Source of the DNA: a virus
Lineage: Duplodnaviria; Caudoviricetes
Length of the DNA stretch: 64,000 nt
Virus record (IMG/VR): IMGVR_UViG_3300042896_000052
Span: 62 to 64,061 of that record
Reading direction: 5' to 3' (one strand)
Of the stretch, positions 27,593-36,741 are shown one piece after another. Position numbers and translations under genes: made by a program. The notes beneath the pieces are model-generated. The model did no database searches and was not told where the DNA came from. It worked only from the letters and a program-made list of their open reading frames with translations. Numbering within the stretch: the stretch's first letter is position 1; every line of letters begins with the position of its first letter.

Positions 27593-28112
27593 TAGTTGTT
27601 GGTAAGTTCAGAACCGCGTCGTCCCGCTTGAACTCATCGGGGTCGATGGTCTTCATCAGGCGCTCGCGCAGCAGTTGCTCCAACTCTTCAGTCGGCCGGT
27701 GGCGCATGGTGACCTCTGTCTTGTCGGTAAACAACCCGACGTCGGAAATCTTGCCGAGGAGCTCGTAGCACTTGAGCCGCACGCGTGGGTCTGGATTGGC
27801 AGAATCCACAATCAGCTTGTTGGTGACGTATGTGCGCAGTTGAGCGGCTGACTGCACAACCACCTTGTCGTACTCGTCGAGTAGCGCCTTGATATGCACA
27901 ACCGTACCGGGGCTGGAAAGCAGCACATCGGTGGGGCGGCGGTTACCTGTGAATATGGAGTGGGCAGCAGAGATATCTGCATCAGTGACCTCGACCTCAT
28001 CGGCTATCTCAGCAATGCTATTGAATGCAGCGGCTATACGCGCTTGAAGGTCTTCAAACGTCGGGGGGTATTCCGCATACGGGATGTCCGTGTCGAGTAC
28101 TGGAAATTGCAT
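27585..28112 (-). CDS. Putative terminase small subunit
   Basis: Directly upstream of TerL; RLKCYELLGK...GLFTDKTEV motif. Confidence 0.7.
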   Translation of the reverse strand: MQFPVLDTDIPYAEYPPTFEDLQARIAAAFNSIAEIADEVEVTDADISAAHSIFTGNRRPTDVLLSSPGTVVHIKALLDEYDKVVVQSAAQLRTYVTNKLIVDSANPDPRVRLKCYELLGKISDVGLFTDKTEVTMRHRPTEELEQLLRERLMKTIDPDEFKRDDAVLNLPTTND

Positions 28113-28365
28113 TTAGATTGTCCGCAGCCGTTAGGCGATGCACAGAGTGTACAGGATTTTTAGAAAATTTTGGGAGGCTTGTTTTCTGGAGGTAGGGGGT
28201 GGTCTGGTGGATAGGGTTAGCGTAGCTTTACAGTGTAATGTTAAGTCTTTTGGGGGTCTACGGGAAAGTTGCGCTCAGTGTAAAAGCGCGAGGGACTCCA
28301 AACACCAAAAGGCGGGGCCGGGTGCGGGTGGGTCGCGCTAGGCCGGAACTAATGATTAGAATCAC

Positions 28366-28394
28366 TTGACAATGTTGAGTAGTTGGGGTACATT
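28366..28394 (+). promoter_or_regulatory. Strong sigma70 early promoter
   Basis: TTGACA-17 bp-TACATT; partial palindrome CTAATGATTAGA at 28349-28360 just upstream. Confidence 0.8.
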
Positions 28395-28451
28395 ATAGGT
28401 GTCGGTTGTTCAAGGGTTAGTTCTAACCTACCGCTGACATAGGAATACATT

Positions 28452-29009
28452 ATGAATACGTCCAACAAATCAATCCCATCGTTCACAAAATCAGCCAAGG
28501 CTTTGCTGTCCGCCACTAATGGCTTGGACAATGCCACTGCTAAGTTTTCCGGCGCGTTGTGCACAACGTTGCAACAATACCTCGACGCTTGCGCCATGTC
28601 AGGCATAGAACGTGATCAAAAGGGTTGCGCCACTATCGGGAAAGCCGTGCGGGAAAACGAGGTAATGATTAAGGCTTGGCAATTCGACGGTACATTGTTA
28701 CAAAAGACTGTTACCGAATACGCCCAAGGAATGATGCGTGCATACTTTCACAATGTACCGTTCACGCAGGGTTTAAAGAATAACCCCGATATGATTATTC
28801 CAAAAGCCAACGGCGACACGTCCAAGCCTACCGGGCCAAAGGCAGGTGGCAGGGTGCAAAGCACAACCCGCGCTGAACTGGACAAAACAATCCAAAAGCT
28901 TTTGGTTCAGGCTAGGTTGATGGGACTTAACGAGTTCGCCGCTGATGTTTTGGATGTATGCCTAGACTCTCTCGAGGGTTTCAAAGAAACCCAAGACGCG
29001 CCACTGTAA
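28452..29009 (+). CDS. First early protein, unknown function
   Basis: AGGA RBS, own promoter and terminator. Confidence 0.8.
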   Translation: MNTSNKSIPSFTKSAKALLSATNGLDNATAKFSGALCTTLQQYLDACAMSGIERDQKGCATIGKAVRENEVMIKAWQFDGTLLQKTVTEYAQGMMRAYFHNVPFTQGLKNNPDMIIPKANGDTSKPTGPKAGGRVQSTTRAELDKTIQKLLVQARLMGLNEFAADVLDVCLDSLEGFKETQDAPL

Positions 29010-29015
29010 TTCTCC

Positions 29016-29039
29016 GCCCGGTTCGCCGGGCTTTTCTTT
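29016..29039 (+). terminator. Intrinsic terminator
   Basis: GCCCGG-TTCG-CCGGGC-TTTTCTTT. Confidence 0.85.
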
Positions 29040-29244
29040 GTCCGCGCTTTGCGCGGCTTTCGTCATAGTAGTCCACGGCACGGGAGGGAGAGCGAGCGAG
29101 TGCGAGGCATGGGAGTGAGGGGGCGGCGGCGTTGGCGGCATCTAATGATTAGATGGGCGGCGTTTGCGGGGCAACTATGACGTTTTGGGGGGCCATCTAA
29201 CGATTAGATAGGATAGAGATATAGTTTCGTGGGTCAAATGAGCG

Positions 29245-29722
29245 TTGTAACGCCATTCGTGGGTCGTGTGCGATCACGTTACGTTACAAAGGTACGTGAC
29301 CCATTCTATATTAACTATATCTGTACTATATACCGGTATGGTGAAAATCGCGGGGAATCAGCAATAAGCAGCAATTAAAGGCAGTAGAGTACAGAGAAAA
29401 GAGCGTAACAAAAAGCAAGAGAGAGAGAGAGAGACTATATATATATATAATAATAGAGAGAGAGAGAGTCAGTAACGAGGTGATGCGCCAAAACCGTCAT
29501 CTCGGCTTGCACGAAATTCCGCTATCGACCACTTAGAAAAAGTTTGTTTTGGTATCTTTGAAAAGTTGGGGGAACTTGACTCATCGAGGTCTCTGCCGGG
29601 CGCATAAAGGCCATTTTGCATCACATCGTTACATACCGGTACGAACCTCTTGGAACCCGCATGCCTAGGCCCGTAACGTGTTATGCTCATTTCGCACACC
29701 CCCGCGTTACAGCGCGTTACAA
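29245..29722. other. Candidate replication origin region
   Basis: Non-coding; about 9 GTTAC/GTAAC-cored repeats in both orientations around an AT-rich microsatellite. Confidence 0.45.
29418..29468. repeat. Compound microsatellite (AG)n-(TA)n-(AG)n
   Basis: agagagagagagagagactatatatatatataataatagagagagagagag. Confidence 0.95.
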
Positions 29723-29795
29723 GCTCACGCCACCCACTTTATTCTATCTAATCATTAGATGTGGTACACTGAAGTCTCACTAACTAGGAATTACT

Positions 29796-30647
29796 ATGAC
29801 AACCCTGACCCCTGCCGCTATTACCACTATCTCGCTGAGTCCAGCCTCTAAGAGCATCCGGTTCCAAGCCGACGACCACACCCCTGCTGTTTCCCAGCAC
29901 ATACTATCTATACCTCTATCCGCTGATACCTCACGTTATTTAGTCGCCGTCGGCACCCCTGCTAACTTCCATTTCCATGCCGTGGAGGTAGTGCTGGATT
30001 ACGTGCATCAATACGCAGCCGGGTTAATCCCTTCGGATACTCTATTACCGCCTGTGGAGTACGCGCTGCCAGCGCTATTTGGGCGTAGTGCGTTCATGGA
30101 GCTATTGCTTGGGGGCGATATGCCAACAGTCTGCGCAAACTGGGGTATGACGGAGATCGGCATGGCCACCACCATTGCAGAGTACGCCGGGATACGCATC
30201 CAGCGCGTGACCATGAGCCAGTACTTGCAAGCCACCGCCAAGCCCACGGCCCCAACCCATGAGGCAACTGATGAGGATGATCTCGACCTTGACTTACTTC
30301 TAGGGGAGGCTGACAGCTTGGCTATACCAAAGAGCATCGGGAAACTATCCCCTGCTGTGGTGCTGAACCGAACCAACACAGAGACCGTGGGAGTGGTGCG
30401 CCGACTAACCGATCTGGAGATTGCCACGTTGGAGTCTGTATTAGCCAACAAGAAGCTGAACCCGAACCCCGCAGACCGCCAGAGTTGGGTATTCAAAAGT
30501 ATGCAGGTCTACGAGACGGTGTGTATTGCCTACGAGCGGGCATCTAAGGCACAAGCAGCCGTGCATACGTACAGCCAGCGTACCGGGCGCAAGTTCTCCA
30601 CCAAGCGCAACCACGACAAGTCCCTGCAAGTAACCCGCTTGAGCTAA
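29796..30647 (+). CDS. Early protein with C-terminal small putative DNA-binding domain
   Basis: AGGA RBS; C-terminal FKSMQVYETV...GRKFSTKR...LQVTR pattern. Confidence 0.7.
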   Translation: MTTLTPAAITTISLSPASKSIRFQADDHTPAVSQHILSIPLSADTSRYLVAVGTPANFHFHAVEVVLDYVHQYAAGLIPSDTLLPPVEYALPALFGRSAFMELLLGGDMPTVCANWGMTEIGMATTIAEYAGIRIQRVTMSQYLQATAKPTAPTHEATDEDDLDLDLLLGEADSLAIPKSIGKLSPAVVLNRTNTETVGVVRRLTDLEIATLESVLANKKLNPNPADRQSWVFKSMQVYETVCIAYERASKAQAAVHTYSQRTGRKFSTKRNHDKSLQVTRLS

Positions 30648-30649
30648 CC

Positions 30650-30892
30650 ATGAGAGACACACTACTAGGCTGGCACTCCGTTTCCGTAGCTAAGCCCATT
30701 ACCGCACACACCCTTTGGGGCTACGCAGTCATGAAGCAGACACGCGGCAAACGCCAGCGATACTCTCTCTACTCAACCACCGCAGTGGGCGGGCTGACCT
30801 ACACACGCCTAACCCGTGACCTCACGCGACCGAATGCAGAGAGGATGCTGAAGGTACTGCTGGCCTGTGCCGGCTCCGCATCTAACGATTAG
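30650..30892 (+). CDS. Hypothetical protein
   Basis: Follows the previous gene by 2 nt; its stop lies inside a palindrome copy. Confidence 0.55.
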   Translation: MRDTLLGWHSVSVAKPITAHTLWGYAVMKQTRGKRQRYSLYSTTAVGGLTYTRLTRDLTRPNAERMLKVLLACAGSASND

Positions 30893-30914
30893 ATGCCATA
30901 ACTATGACACCACG

Positions 30915-30935
30915 GCCCCGGAAACGGGGCTTTTT
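30915..30935 (+). terminator. Intrinsic terminator
   Basis: GCCCCG-GAAA-CGGGGC-TTTTT. Confidence 0.85.
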
Positions 30936-30972
30936 AACGTGCAGTTCAAAGCCAAAAACGAGGCTGAAACGC

Positions 30973-31001
30973 TTGACAAAGGTAAGCTTTTAGTGTACAA
31001 T
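30973..31001 (+). promoter_or_regulatory. Strong sigma70 promoter of main early operon
   Basis: TTGACA-17 bp-TACAAT. Confidence 0.85.
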
Positions 31002-31058
31002 AGACCCATCGACTCAGAGATCGCTCTGACGAAGGCCACCACCTACATACCGGGGCCA

Positions 31059-31072
31059 TGTTCTTTAACAAT
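31059..31072 (+). promoter_or_regulatory. rrn-type boxA antitermination element
   Basis: TGTTCTTTAACAAT, one mismatch to E. coli rrn boxA TGCTCTTTAACA, about 50 nt after the promoter. Confidence 0.7.
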
Positions 31073-31119
31073 TCAATTCATGTTTGCGTGTAAGTTATAC
31101 AGCATCTAATCATTAGATG

Positions 31120-31490
31120 GTAGCCACGCAGACAAGCAAGCCGCAGCCGGTATACCGGGTGTGCAGTAATAGGCAGTCAGTAAGTTGCCTCCCCCTGCCA
31201 GAATGCGTTGGGTATAGCCCCGGCTCTATGTGGAGTAATTGCCAACCCCGACTAAACAACGACACACGGGAAGCAATGAAAGTATAGACGCAATGCGAAC
31301 AGATAGTACCTAAATGTGCCGAGGCCGCTGGCGTAATGACCCATGCCTCTCAAGGACGGAACCACTACGGTGGGATATGTCGGACTGAGCAGCACTATCG
31401 TACCGACCGGGGAGACGCCCCGGCAAGAGAAGCAAGATTACAACCCTGACTGTATGGGCAACCCCCGTGCAGTCTCAGATGCAATCCGCA
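31120..31490 (+). ncRNA. Candidate structured leader / ncRNA
   Basis: ORF-free, with many hairpins: CCGG-TATA-CCGG, AGGCA..TGCCT, CCAC-TACG-GTGG, CCGGGG-AGACG-CCCCGG, GACTGTATGGG..CCCGTGCAGTC. Confidence 0.45.
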
Positions 31491-31513
31491 TCTAACCATT
31501 AGATGGAGCGAGT

Positions 31514-31765
31514 ATGGAAACGGAACCAAAAGCAAAAACAATCAACCTCACCTACGACGAACGGCAAGCGTTACAGGTGATACGGAATTTACTCAAGCGC
31601 AAGCCCGAGGCAGCGACACTGCTAGTAAAGGACATGACCAAAGCAAGCGCAGTATCCATGCTGTTGCAGGTTAGGGACGAACTCCAAGCCCTGCAACTCA
31701 TAGCCCGTGCATTCAGCGAAGCCGCTGGTGCCATCGTGCAGTTAGACAAAAAGGAGGCAGCATGA
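31514..31765 (+). CDS. Hypothetical early protein
   Basis: GGAG RBS directly after a palindrome. Confidence 0.7.
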   Translation: METEPKAKTINLTYDERQALQVIRNLLKRKPEAATLLVKDMTKASAVSMLLQVRDELQALQLIARAFSEAAGAIVQLDKKEAA

Positions 31766-31860
31766 AAGGTATGTCAACGTGGCACAAGCTTATGTTCTGG
31801 GTGTACGTCCTGTGCGCCGTGGTCAGCGTGCTTGATTTGTTTTATTGGAGAGCAGGGTGA
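31762..31860 (+). CDS. 32-aa single-TM peptide (not in ORF track)
   Basis: AGGAGG RBS, ATGA overlap; MKGMSTWHKLMFWVYVLCAVVSVLDLFYWRAG. Confidence 0.65.
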   Translation: MKGMSTWHKLMFWVYVLCAVVSVLDLFYWRAG

Positions 31861-31868
31861 GATGGCAG

Positions 31869-32123
31869 ATGTTCTACATCGAGCCGGGCCAATCGTACCG
31901 ACTTGCTACGGCGGTCATCCGACTGCACTATATGCAAGACAACGACACCAGCGTGGGGTTCGTAGAGCAGACGCAAGCCTGTTCGGACCAACGCAGCTTG
32001 ACCATACCCGCTACGTTCCGGGCGTTCATAAACGGCGGTGAGCACGCCACCTTCGATGGTATTGAAGTGCTAGACCTTGAGGCAGGGATGGCGCTAGTAA
32101 AGATTCTCGCAACCAATATCTAA
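31869..32123 (+). CDS. Hypothetical protein
   Basis: ORF 31845..32123; likely ATG at 31869. Confidence 0.55.
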   Translation: MFYIEPGQSYRLATAVIRLHYMQDNDTSVGFVEQTQACSDQRSLTIPATFRAFINGGEHATFDGIEVLDLEAGMALVKILATNI

Positions 32124-32167
32124 CCAATATCTAACCATTAGATGTAACCAACCAAAAGGAAATTAAT

Positions 32168-32884
32168 ATGAGTTCGTACAGCAACATGAAATTGCATTTA
32201 GAGCGTCACGTTTACAAGCGTGGAGCGAACGAGGGAGAAGCGCCAGTAGCGCAACGCGGCAAGAGCCACTTCAGGGTCGTAGAGTCGATGTACAACGAGA
32301 TGTATGTGCGGTTCCACAACGCCAACCTCATTACCGCATACCCAGACGGACGGTTCGTGCTTAACACCAATGGATGGTCAAGCCACAGTACCACCAAGGC
32401 AGCAATGCGAGAGGCAGGTCGGATGTTCTGCAAGCTGTCCATAAGTATCCACAGCCGGGTAATCATGAGCCAGAAGCAGGAAGTCATTCGGATAGGCAAC
32501 AAGACGTACATCTACTATGACCGTATGGAGTTCAGCGCAGAGGGTGCGTTGCTGTCCCCACCAAAGCCGTTCGAGATGCGCCGCATCAACAGGGACGAGG
32601 TAAAAGAATACACGCAGGCCACCAAGGATTCAGGCTTCAAGGCTATGTTCCCCGTGCTGTATGCGACCTGCACCCCAGAGCAAGCCCGACTGTGGCTGCC
32701 CCACCCTGCCGAAGTCATAACAACCCGCGACTACGCAGCGGTGGATTGGCCCACACTGATTGCCAAGCATAAGTACTACGGTAATTGGAAAGAGCGAGAC
32801 ATGAAGACCACATGGTCCAGCCTCATGAAGGATGCCAAGGTCAGCATGTACGACATCCTCCCATCCACCGTCACCGTTCTGTAA
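32168..32884 (+). CDS. Hypothetical early protein
   Basis: AAGGA RBS; LNTNGWSSHSTTK motif of the kind seen in phage early proteins. Confidence 0.75.
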   Translation: MSSYSNMKLHLERHVYKRGANEGEAPVAQRGKSHFRVVESMYNEMYVRFHNANLITAYPDGRFVLNTNGWSSHSTTKAAMREAGRMFCKLSISIHSRVIMSQKQEVIRIGNKTYIYYDRMEFSAEGALLSPPKPFEMRRINRDEVKEYTQATKDSGFKAMFPVLYATCTPEQARLWLPHPAEVITTRDYAAVDWPTLIAKHKYYGNWKERDMKTTWSSLMKDAKVSMYDILPSTVTVL

Positions 32885-32944
32885 CCCTCTCGTAAGTTTC
32901 CGTCAGTAACATAAACATCTAACCATTAGATAAGAAAGAACCAA

Positions 32945-34000
32945 ATGCAAGTAACTCTCAACCAAGCATCGACCCTCATCCGCAACTGTGGCGGCACTAA
33001 TACATTCCTTTTGCAGGGTGCGCCCGGCGTTGGCAAGTCAGCTATCCTCAGTGCCCTGTCCCGTGAGATGCCCGACTACCTGCCCTGCTACATCGACGTA
33101 GCCAATCTCGACCTCGGTGACCTCGGTATGCCCGTGATTGACCGTGACGTGATGACGACCAGCTATGCACCCAACACACGCTTCGGTATCGGCAAGGGGC
33201 AAGATCGTCCGGTACTGCTCATGCTCGACGAGTTGGGTAAGGCGTCACGCCCTGTGCTCAATATGCTGCTGCCCGTTATCCTTGAGCATCGCCTCGGTGA
33301 TGTGCCCCTGCCCACTGGCAGTATCGTGTTCGGTACGACCAACCTGTCCACCGATGGCGTAGGCGACAACGTGCCGGCCCATGCTTACAACCGCATGACT
33401 GTGCTGGACGTGGCCAACCCCACTGTGGACGAGTGGCTGGGCTGGGCGGCATCCAACGACGTAGCCCCCGAGGTGATGGCGTTTGCCCGTGAGTACCCAC
33501 AAGTATTCGAACGCTACGACATGATCGACAAGAAAGAAAAGAACCCGTACATCTTCAGCCCGTTGACGGGTAACACCAAGGCGTTCTGCTCACCCCGCTC
33601 ACTAGAGAAAGCAGGCAACCTTATCAAGCAACGTGATGCGCTGGGTGATGCGCTACTGCCTGCACTGTGCGGTACTGTGGGCGAGGCTGCTGCCCGTGAC
33701 ATGGAAGCTATGGTGATGCTGGCCGATCAGATGCCTCGCTTCGCTGCGATCATCGCCAACCCAGAGAAAGCCAAGCTGCCCGGTGGTGCGGGCGCATACT
33801 TTTTAATGTCGTTTATGCTGGCTGGCCGCGCAGAGGCTTCCAACCTAGACGCTACTATGACGTACATCAACCGCTGGGACTCGTTCGAGGCTAAGACGCT
33901 GTTCATTACGACACTGGCAAGCAACCGAGCCAAGGTAGGCATGGCGTGTGCCAACCGCGAGTTCACCAAAGCCTGCGCCGTTGCGGGTAAATACTTCTGA
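32945..34000 (+). CDS. AAA+ ATPase (MoxR/dynein-related)
   Basis: Walker A GAPGVGKS, Walker B LLMLDE, TTN sensor, NR finger, SPRS. Confidence 0.9.
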   Translation: MQVTLNQASTLIRNCGGTNTFLLQGAPGVGKSAILSALSREMPDYLPCYIDVANLDLGDLGMPVIDRDVMTTSYAPNTRFGIGKGQDRPVLLMLDELGKASRPVLNMLLPVILEHRLGDVPLPTGSIVFGTTNLSTDGVGDNVPAHAYNRMTVLDVANPTVDEWLGWAASNDVAPEVMAFAREYPQVFERYDMIDKKEKNPYIFSPLTGNTKAFCSPRSLEKAGNLIKQRDALGDALLPALCGTVGEAAARDMEAMVMLADQMPRFAAIIANPEKAKLPGGAGAYFLMSFMLAGRAEASNLDATMTYINRWDSFEAKTLFITTLASNRAKVGMACANREFTKACAVAGKYF

Positions 34001-34023
34001 TCTAACCATTAGATGGAGCAAAC

Positions 34024-34260
34024 ATGAACAAAAGAGGAAAGGCCCTGACCGGGCCAGAAGAAGAAAGCTTCAAGCAGAAGCTAAGCCTTGTGATAGGTAT
34101 GTCGGGCAGCACACTGGAGACTTCGCTATCCGTGCTGCTGTATGCGGCGGCTCACGTAGCCATGACAAACGACGTAGAGTTTGCAAGCGTAGTCCGTGCG
34201 TTTGCTGACATATACATGAGCCACCCCCACTATAAAGACGACGAAGAAGGAGATGAATAA
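34024..34260 (+). CDS. Hypothetical protein
   Basis: GGAG RBS after a palindrome. Confidence 0.65.
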   Translation: MNKRGKALTGPEEESFKQKLSLVIGMSGSTLETSLSVLLYAAAHVAMTNDVEFASVVRAFADIYMSHPHYKDDEEGDE

Positions 34261-34349
34261 TGACTGGCAATGTAGTATAATTACGCAACGATAGAGGGTT
34301 GCAGCCCAATACCGTCACTTCCCAACATAACGTATATAAGGTACGCCAC

Positions 34350-34835
34350 ATGAGCATTTTAGATTCTAACCGACTACGCGAAGCACTAGCCTACGATCCG
34401 CATACTGGCGTGTTTACATGGTGTATTCGAGCCTCAAAGAATACGCATATAGGCACTGTAGCGGGCTGTCCCCGCCCTAGCAACGGATACATACGTATTA
34501 CGCTCGATGGAGTTATGCACTACGCACACCGACTGGCGTGGCGCTACGTGCATGGAGTATGGCCCGGTGGTCAGATAGATCACATTAACGGCATACGCGG
34601 GGACAACCGGATACAAAACTTACGAGACGTATCCTCCTCGCTTAATAACCACAACACACATAAAAAACGAATTAACCGTACCGGGTATGTAGGGGTACGG
34701 ACAACCCCAAAGGGTCGGTATATCGCGGCTATATCCAAGCAGCATTTGGGTGTGTTTGATACCCCTGAACAGGCACATGCAGCCTACCTAACCGCCAAAC
34801 AAAAATACGTACCAACTAAGGAATTATTATGCTAA
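34350..34835 (+). CDS. HNH homing endonuclease with AP2-like domain
   Basis: AHRLAW, IDHING...DNRIQNLR, HLGVFDTPEQAHAAY; likely ATG at 34350. Confidence 0.9.
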   Translation: MSILDSNRLREALAYDPHTGVFTWCIRASKNTHIGTVAGCPRPSNGYIRITLDGVMHYAHRLAWRYVHGVWPGGQIDHINGIRGDNRIQNLRDVSSSLNNHNTHKKRINRTGYVGVRTTPKGRYIAAISKQHLGVFDTPEQAHAAYLTAKQKYVPTKELLC

Positions 34836-34987
34836 TTATCGAAACCACATCGAACGGTAGAACCATGACGAAGATAAAAAAAGATTGGAATCCAAGCCGT
34901 ATCGGCATTGCCTACACCCCACCACTGCAACGCATCGTGCCTTCGGCCACTGCGTACCGATTACAAACTGCTTTACTAAGGAAATAA
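34829..34987 (+). CDS. 52-aa hypothetical protein (not in ORF track)
   Basis: AAGGA RBS; MLIIETTSNG...RIGIAYTPP...LLRK. Confidence 0.55.
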   Translation: MLIIETTSNGRTMTKIKKDWNPSRIGIAYTPPLQRIVPSATAYRLQTALLRK

Positions 34988-34988
34988 C

Positions 34989-35531
34989 ATGACAACTTTA
35001 CTTCAGAGCGCCCGTAAGCTGCGCTTACCCGGCGTCGTTGTCACCGCACAGGTAGTCCCGCAACGCATCACTCCACGTATGCGAAGCATGGCCCAGAAGA
35101 TGCTGCGTGCTGGCGTCCTCACGGGCGGCTGGCAGTCACAAGCTAAGCGGTTAGCGGTGGCGCTCATCGAAGCGACAGACCCAACCGTGCCACATATCCG
35201 GGCACATAAGGGCTACGGCTCGACGGTGTTCAACGCCAGCCTCCTCCTGAATTACTCCCGTATGGACGAGTTGATTGAGGCCAGCTACTTGATGGAAGTG
35301 CTTCGCGGCTGTAGCTCAGCGTCTGAGCGGAGGCACGCGGATAACTTTAAGCAGCGCCTTCGGAACTCAAGTATTGAGGGTGAATACATCGGCGTAGGTA
35401 ACTCGGATAACACCCTGTGCGCAGAGTTCGTAGCAGCGTTTACCGATACATACGCCCCGAGTACCAAGGCGCGACATGCGGCACTCGCTGCATTACTTGA
35501 CGGCACTAACCCAATAGCAATCACCATCTAA
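34989..35531 (+). CDS. Hypothetical protein
   Basis: AAGGA RBS; stop inside a palindrome. Confidence 0.7.
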   Translation: MTTLLQSARKLRLPGVVVTAQVVPQRITPRMRSMAQKMLRAGVLTGGWQSQAKRLAVALIEATDPTVPHIRAHKGYGSTVFNASLLLNYSRMDELIEASYLMEVLRGCSSASERRHADNFKQRLRNSSIEGEYIGVGNSDNTLCAEFVAAFTDTYAPSTKARHAALAALLDGTNPIAITI

Positions 35532-35558
35532 CCGTTAGATACAACCAAAGGAAATACC

Positions 35559-36722
35559 ATGAACGCGTCCGATAGAATCAAAAAAGCTCACGTCTCAATC
35601 ATGAGACACAAACAGTTCTGTGCCTACGCTGGCATCCTAGCGTGCGGCAAGGTCATCATGACCACAGACATACCCACGGCATGTACCGATGGGTGGGATG
35701 TATCGTACAACCCCGGCTTCATTGACGGCCTGAGCGACCCCGAGTTGCATCTGCTGGTGCTGCACGAGGCGACACACAAGGCATACCGCCACCTGCATGT
35801 ATGGCAGAAGCTATGGAAAGAAGATGCCCGCTTGGCCAACATTGCAATGGACCACTTCGTGAACCTATCCCTCATGGATACGGACGATGGCGCTGGGTTC
35901 CTCAAGATGCCCAAGGCAGGCGTTCAGCCTGAGCCCAAGTACCGGGGCTGGGCAGTCATTCGCATCTTCGCTGACCTCGTGCAGAATCCCCCACCACCCA
36001 GCCCCAACGGTAGCGGCGACGGTGAGGGTATGGACAGCCATGAGTGGGGCAAGGCCGAGCAGGGTGACCCCGCTGAGGAGGCCAAGCAAGCCGAGGAAGT
36101 GCAGCGTGCTATGCGTCAGGGCGAGATGGTACGCCGCAAGATGCAGGGTAAGGGTACGGGCGGCGATGCTGGTGTGTTCGGTGATCTGCTCACCCCCAAG
36201 GTTGACTGGCGCAAGGTACTGCGCGACTTCATCACCGAGACATGTGCCGGGCGCGACGAGTCATCATGGCGCAAGCCCAACCGTAGGTTCTTGGCAGAGG
36301 ACGTGTACATGCCAAGCATGGTAGGGACTACTATGACGGAGCTGGTGATCGGCTTCGACACATCGGGCTCGTGCTTCTATGGTGACGAGTTGACGCGCTT
36401 CGTATCAGAGATTGCCACCATCATCGGTGACATACGACCAAGCAAGTGCCGCGTGATCTATTGGGATACCCAAGTCACCGGTGAGCAAGTATTTGAAGAC
36501 GGCTCATTCGCTGTGCATACGTTGCAGCCCAAGGGTGGTGGGGGTACAGATGGCTCTGTCCTGTTCGACTACCTGCGTGAGCACCGCATATCACCTGACG
36601 CCATCGTGCAGTTCAGTGACGGGTATGTTGGTGACTGGGGCCGCAGCGACTGGCCCACACTGTGGGCGCTGACCTCAGACCTGCAAGCGCCATACGGCAC
36701 GACGATTCGTCTTGACATCTAA
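35559..36722 (+). CDS. Metallopeptidase + vWA domain protein (DUF2201-like)
   Basis: TACTDG, LHEATH zincin motif, MIDAS DTSGS, GGGGTD, SDG. Confidence 0.88.
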   Translation: MNASDRIKKAHVSIMRHKQFCAYAGILACGKVIMTTDIPTACTDGWDVSYNPGFIDGLSDPELHLLVLHEATHKAYRHLHVWQKLWKEDARLANIAMDHFVNLSLMDTDDGAGFLKMPKAGVQPEPKYRGWAVIRIFADLVQNPPPPSPNGSGDGEGMDSHEWGKAEQGDPAEEAKQAEEVQRAMRQGEMVRRKMQGKGTGGDAGVFGDLLTPKVDWRKVLRDFITETCAGRDESSWRKPNRRFLAEDVYMPSMVGTTMTELVIGFDTSGSCFYGDELTRFVSEIATIIGDIRPSKCRVIYWDTQVTGEQVFEDGSFAVHTLQPKGGGGTDGSVLFDYLREHRISPDAIVQFSDGYVGDWGRSDWPTLWALTSDLQAPYGTTIRLDI

Positions 36723-36741
36723 CCGTTAGATAGGAGCAATC

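Noticed and set aside
29139-29155. Palindrome as a Fur box
   Set aside because: Only the central TAATnATTA resembles Fur; flanks differ and most copies read TAACCATTA.
31026-31060. CTGACGA as a hammerhead ribozyme core
   Set aside because: No GAAA after the putative stem II and no matching stems I and III found.
30867-31109. 80-aa ORF
   Set aside because: Spans a terminator, promoter and boxA and lacks an RBS.
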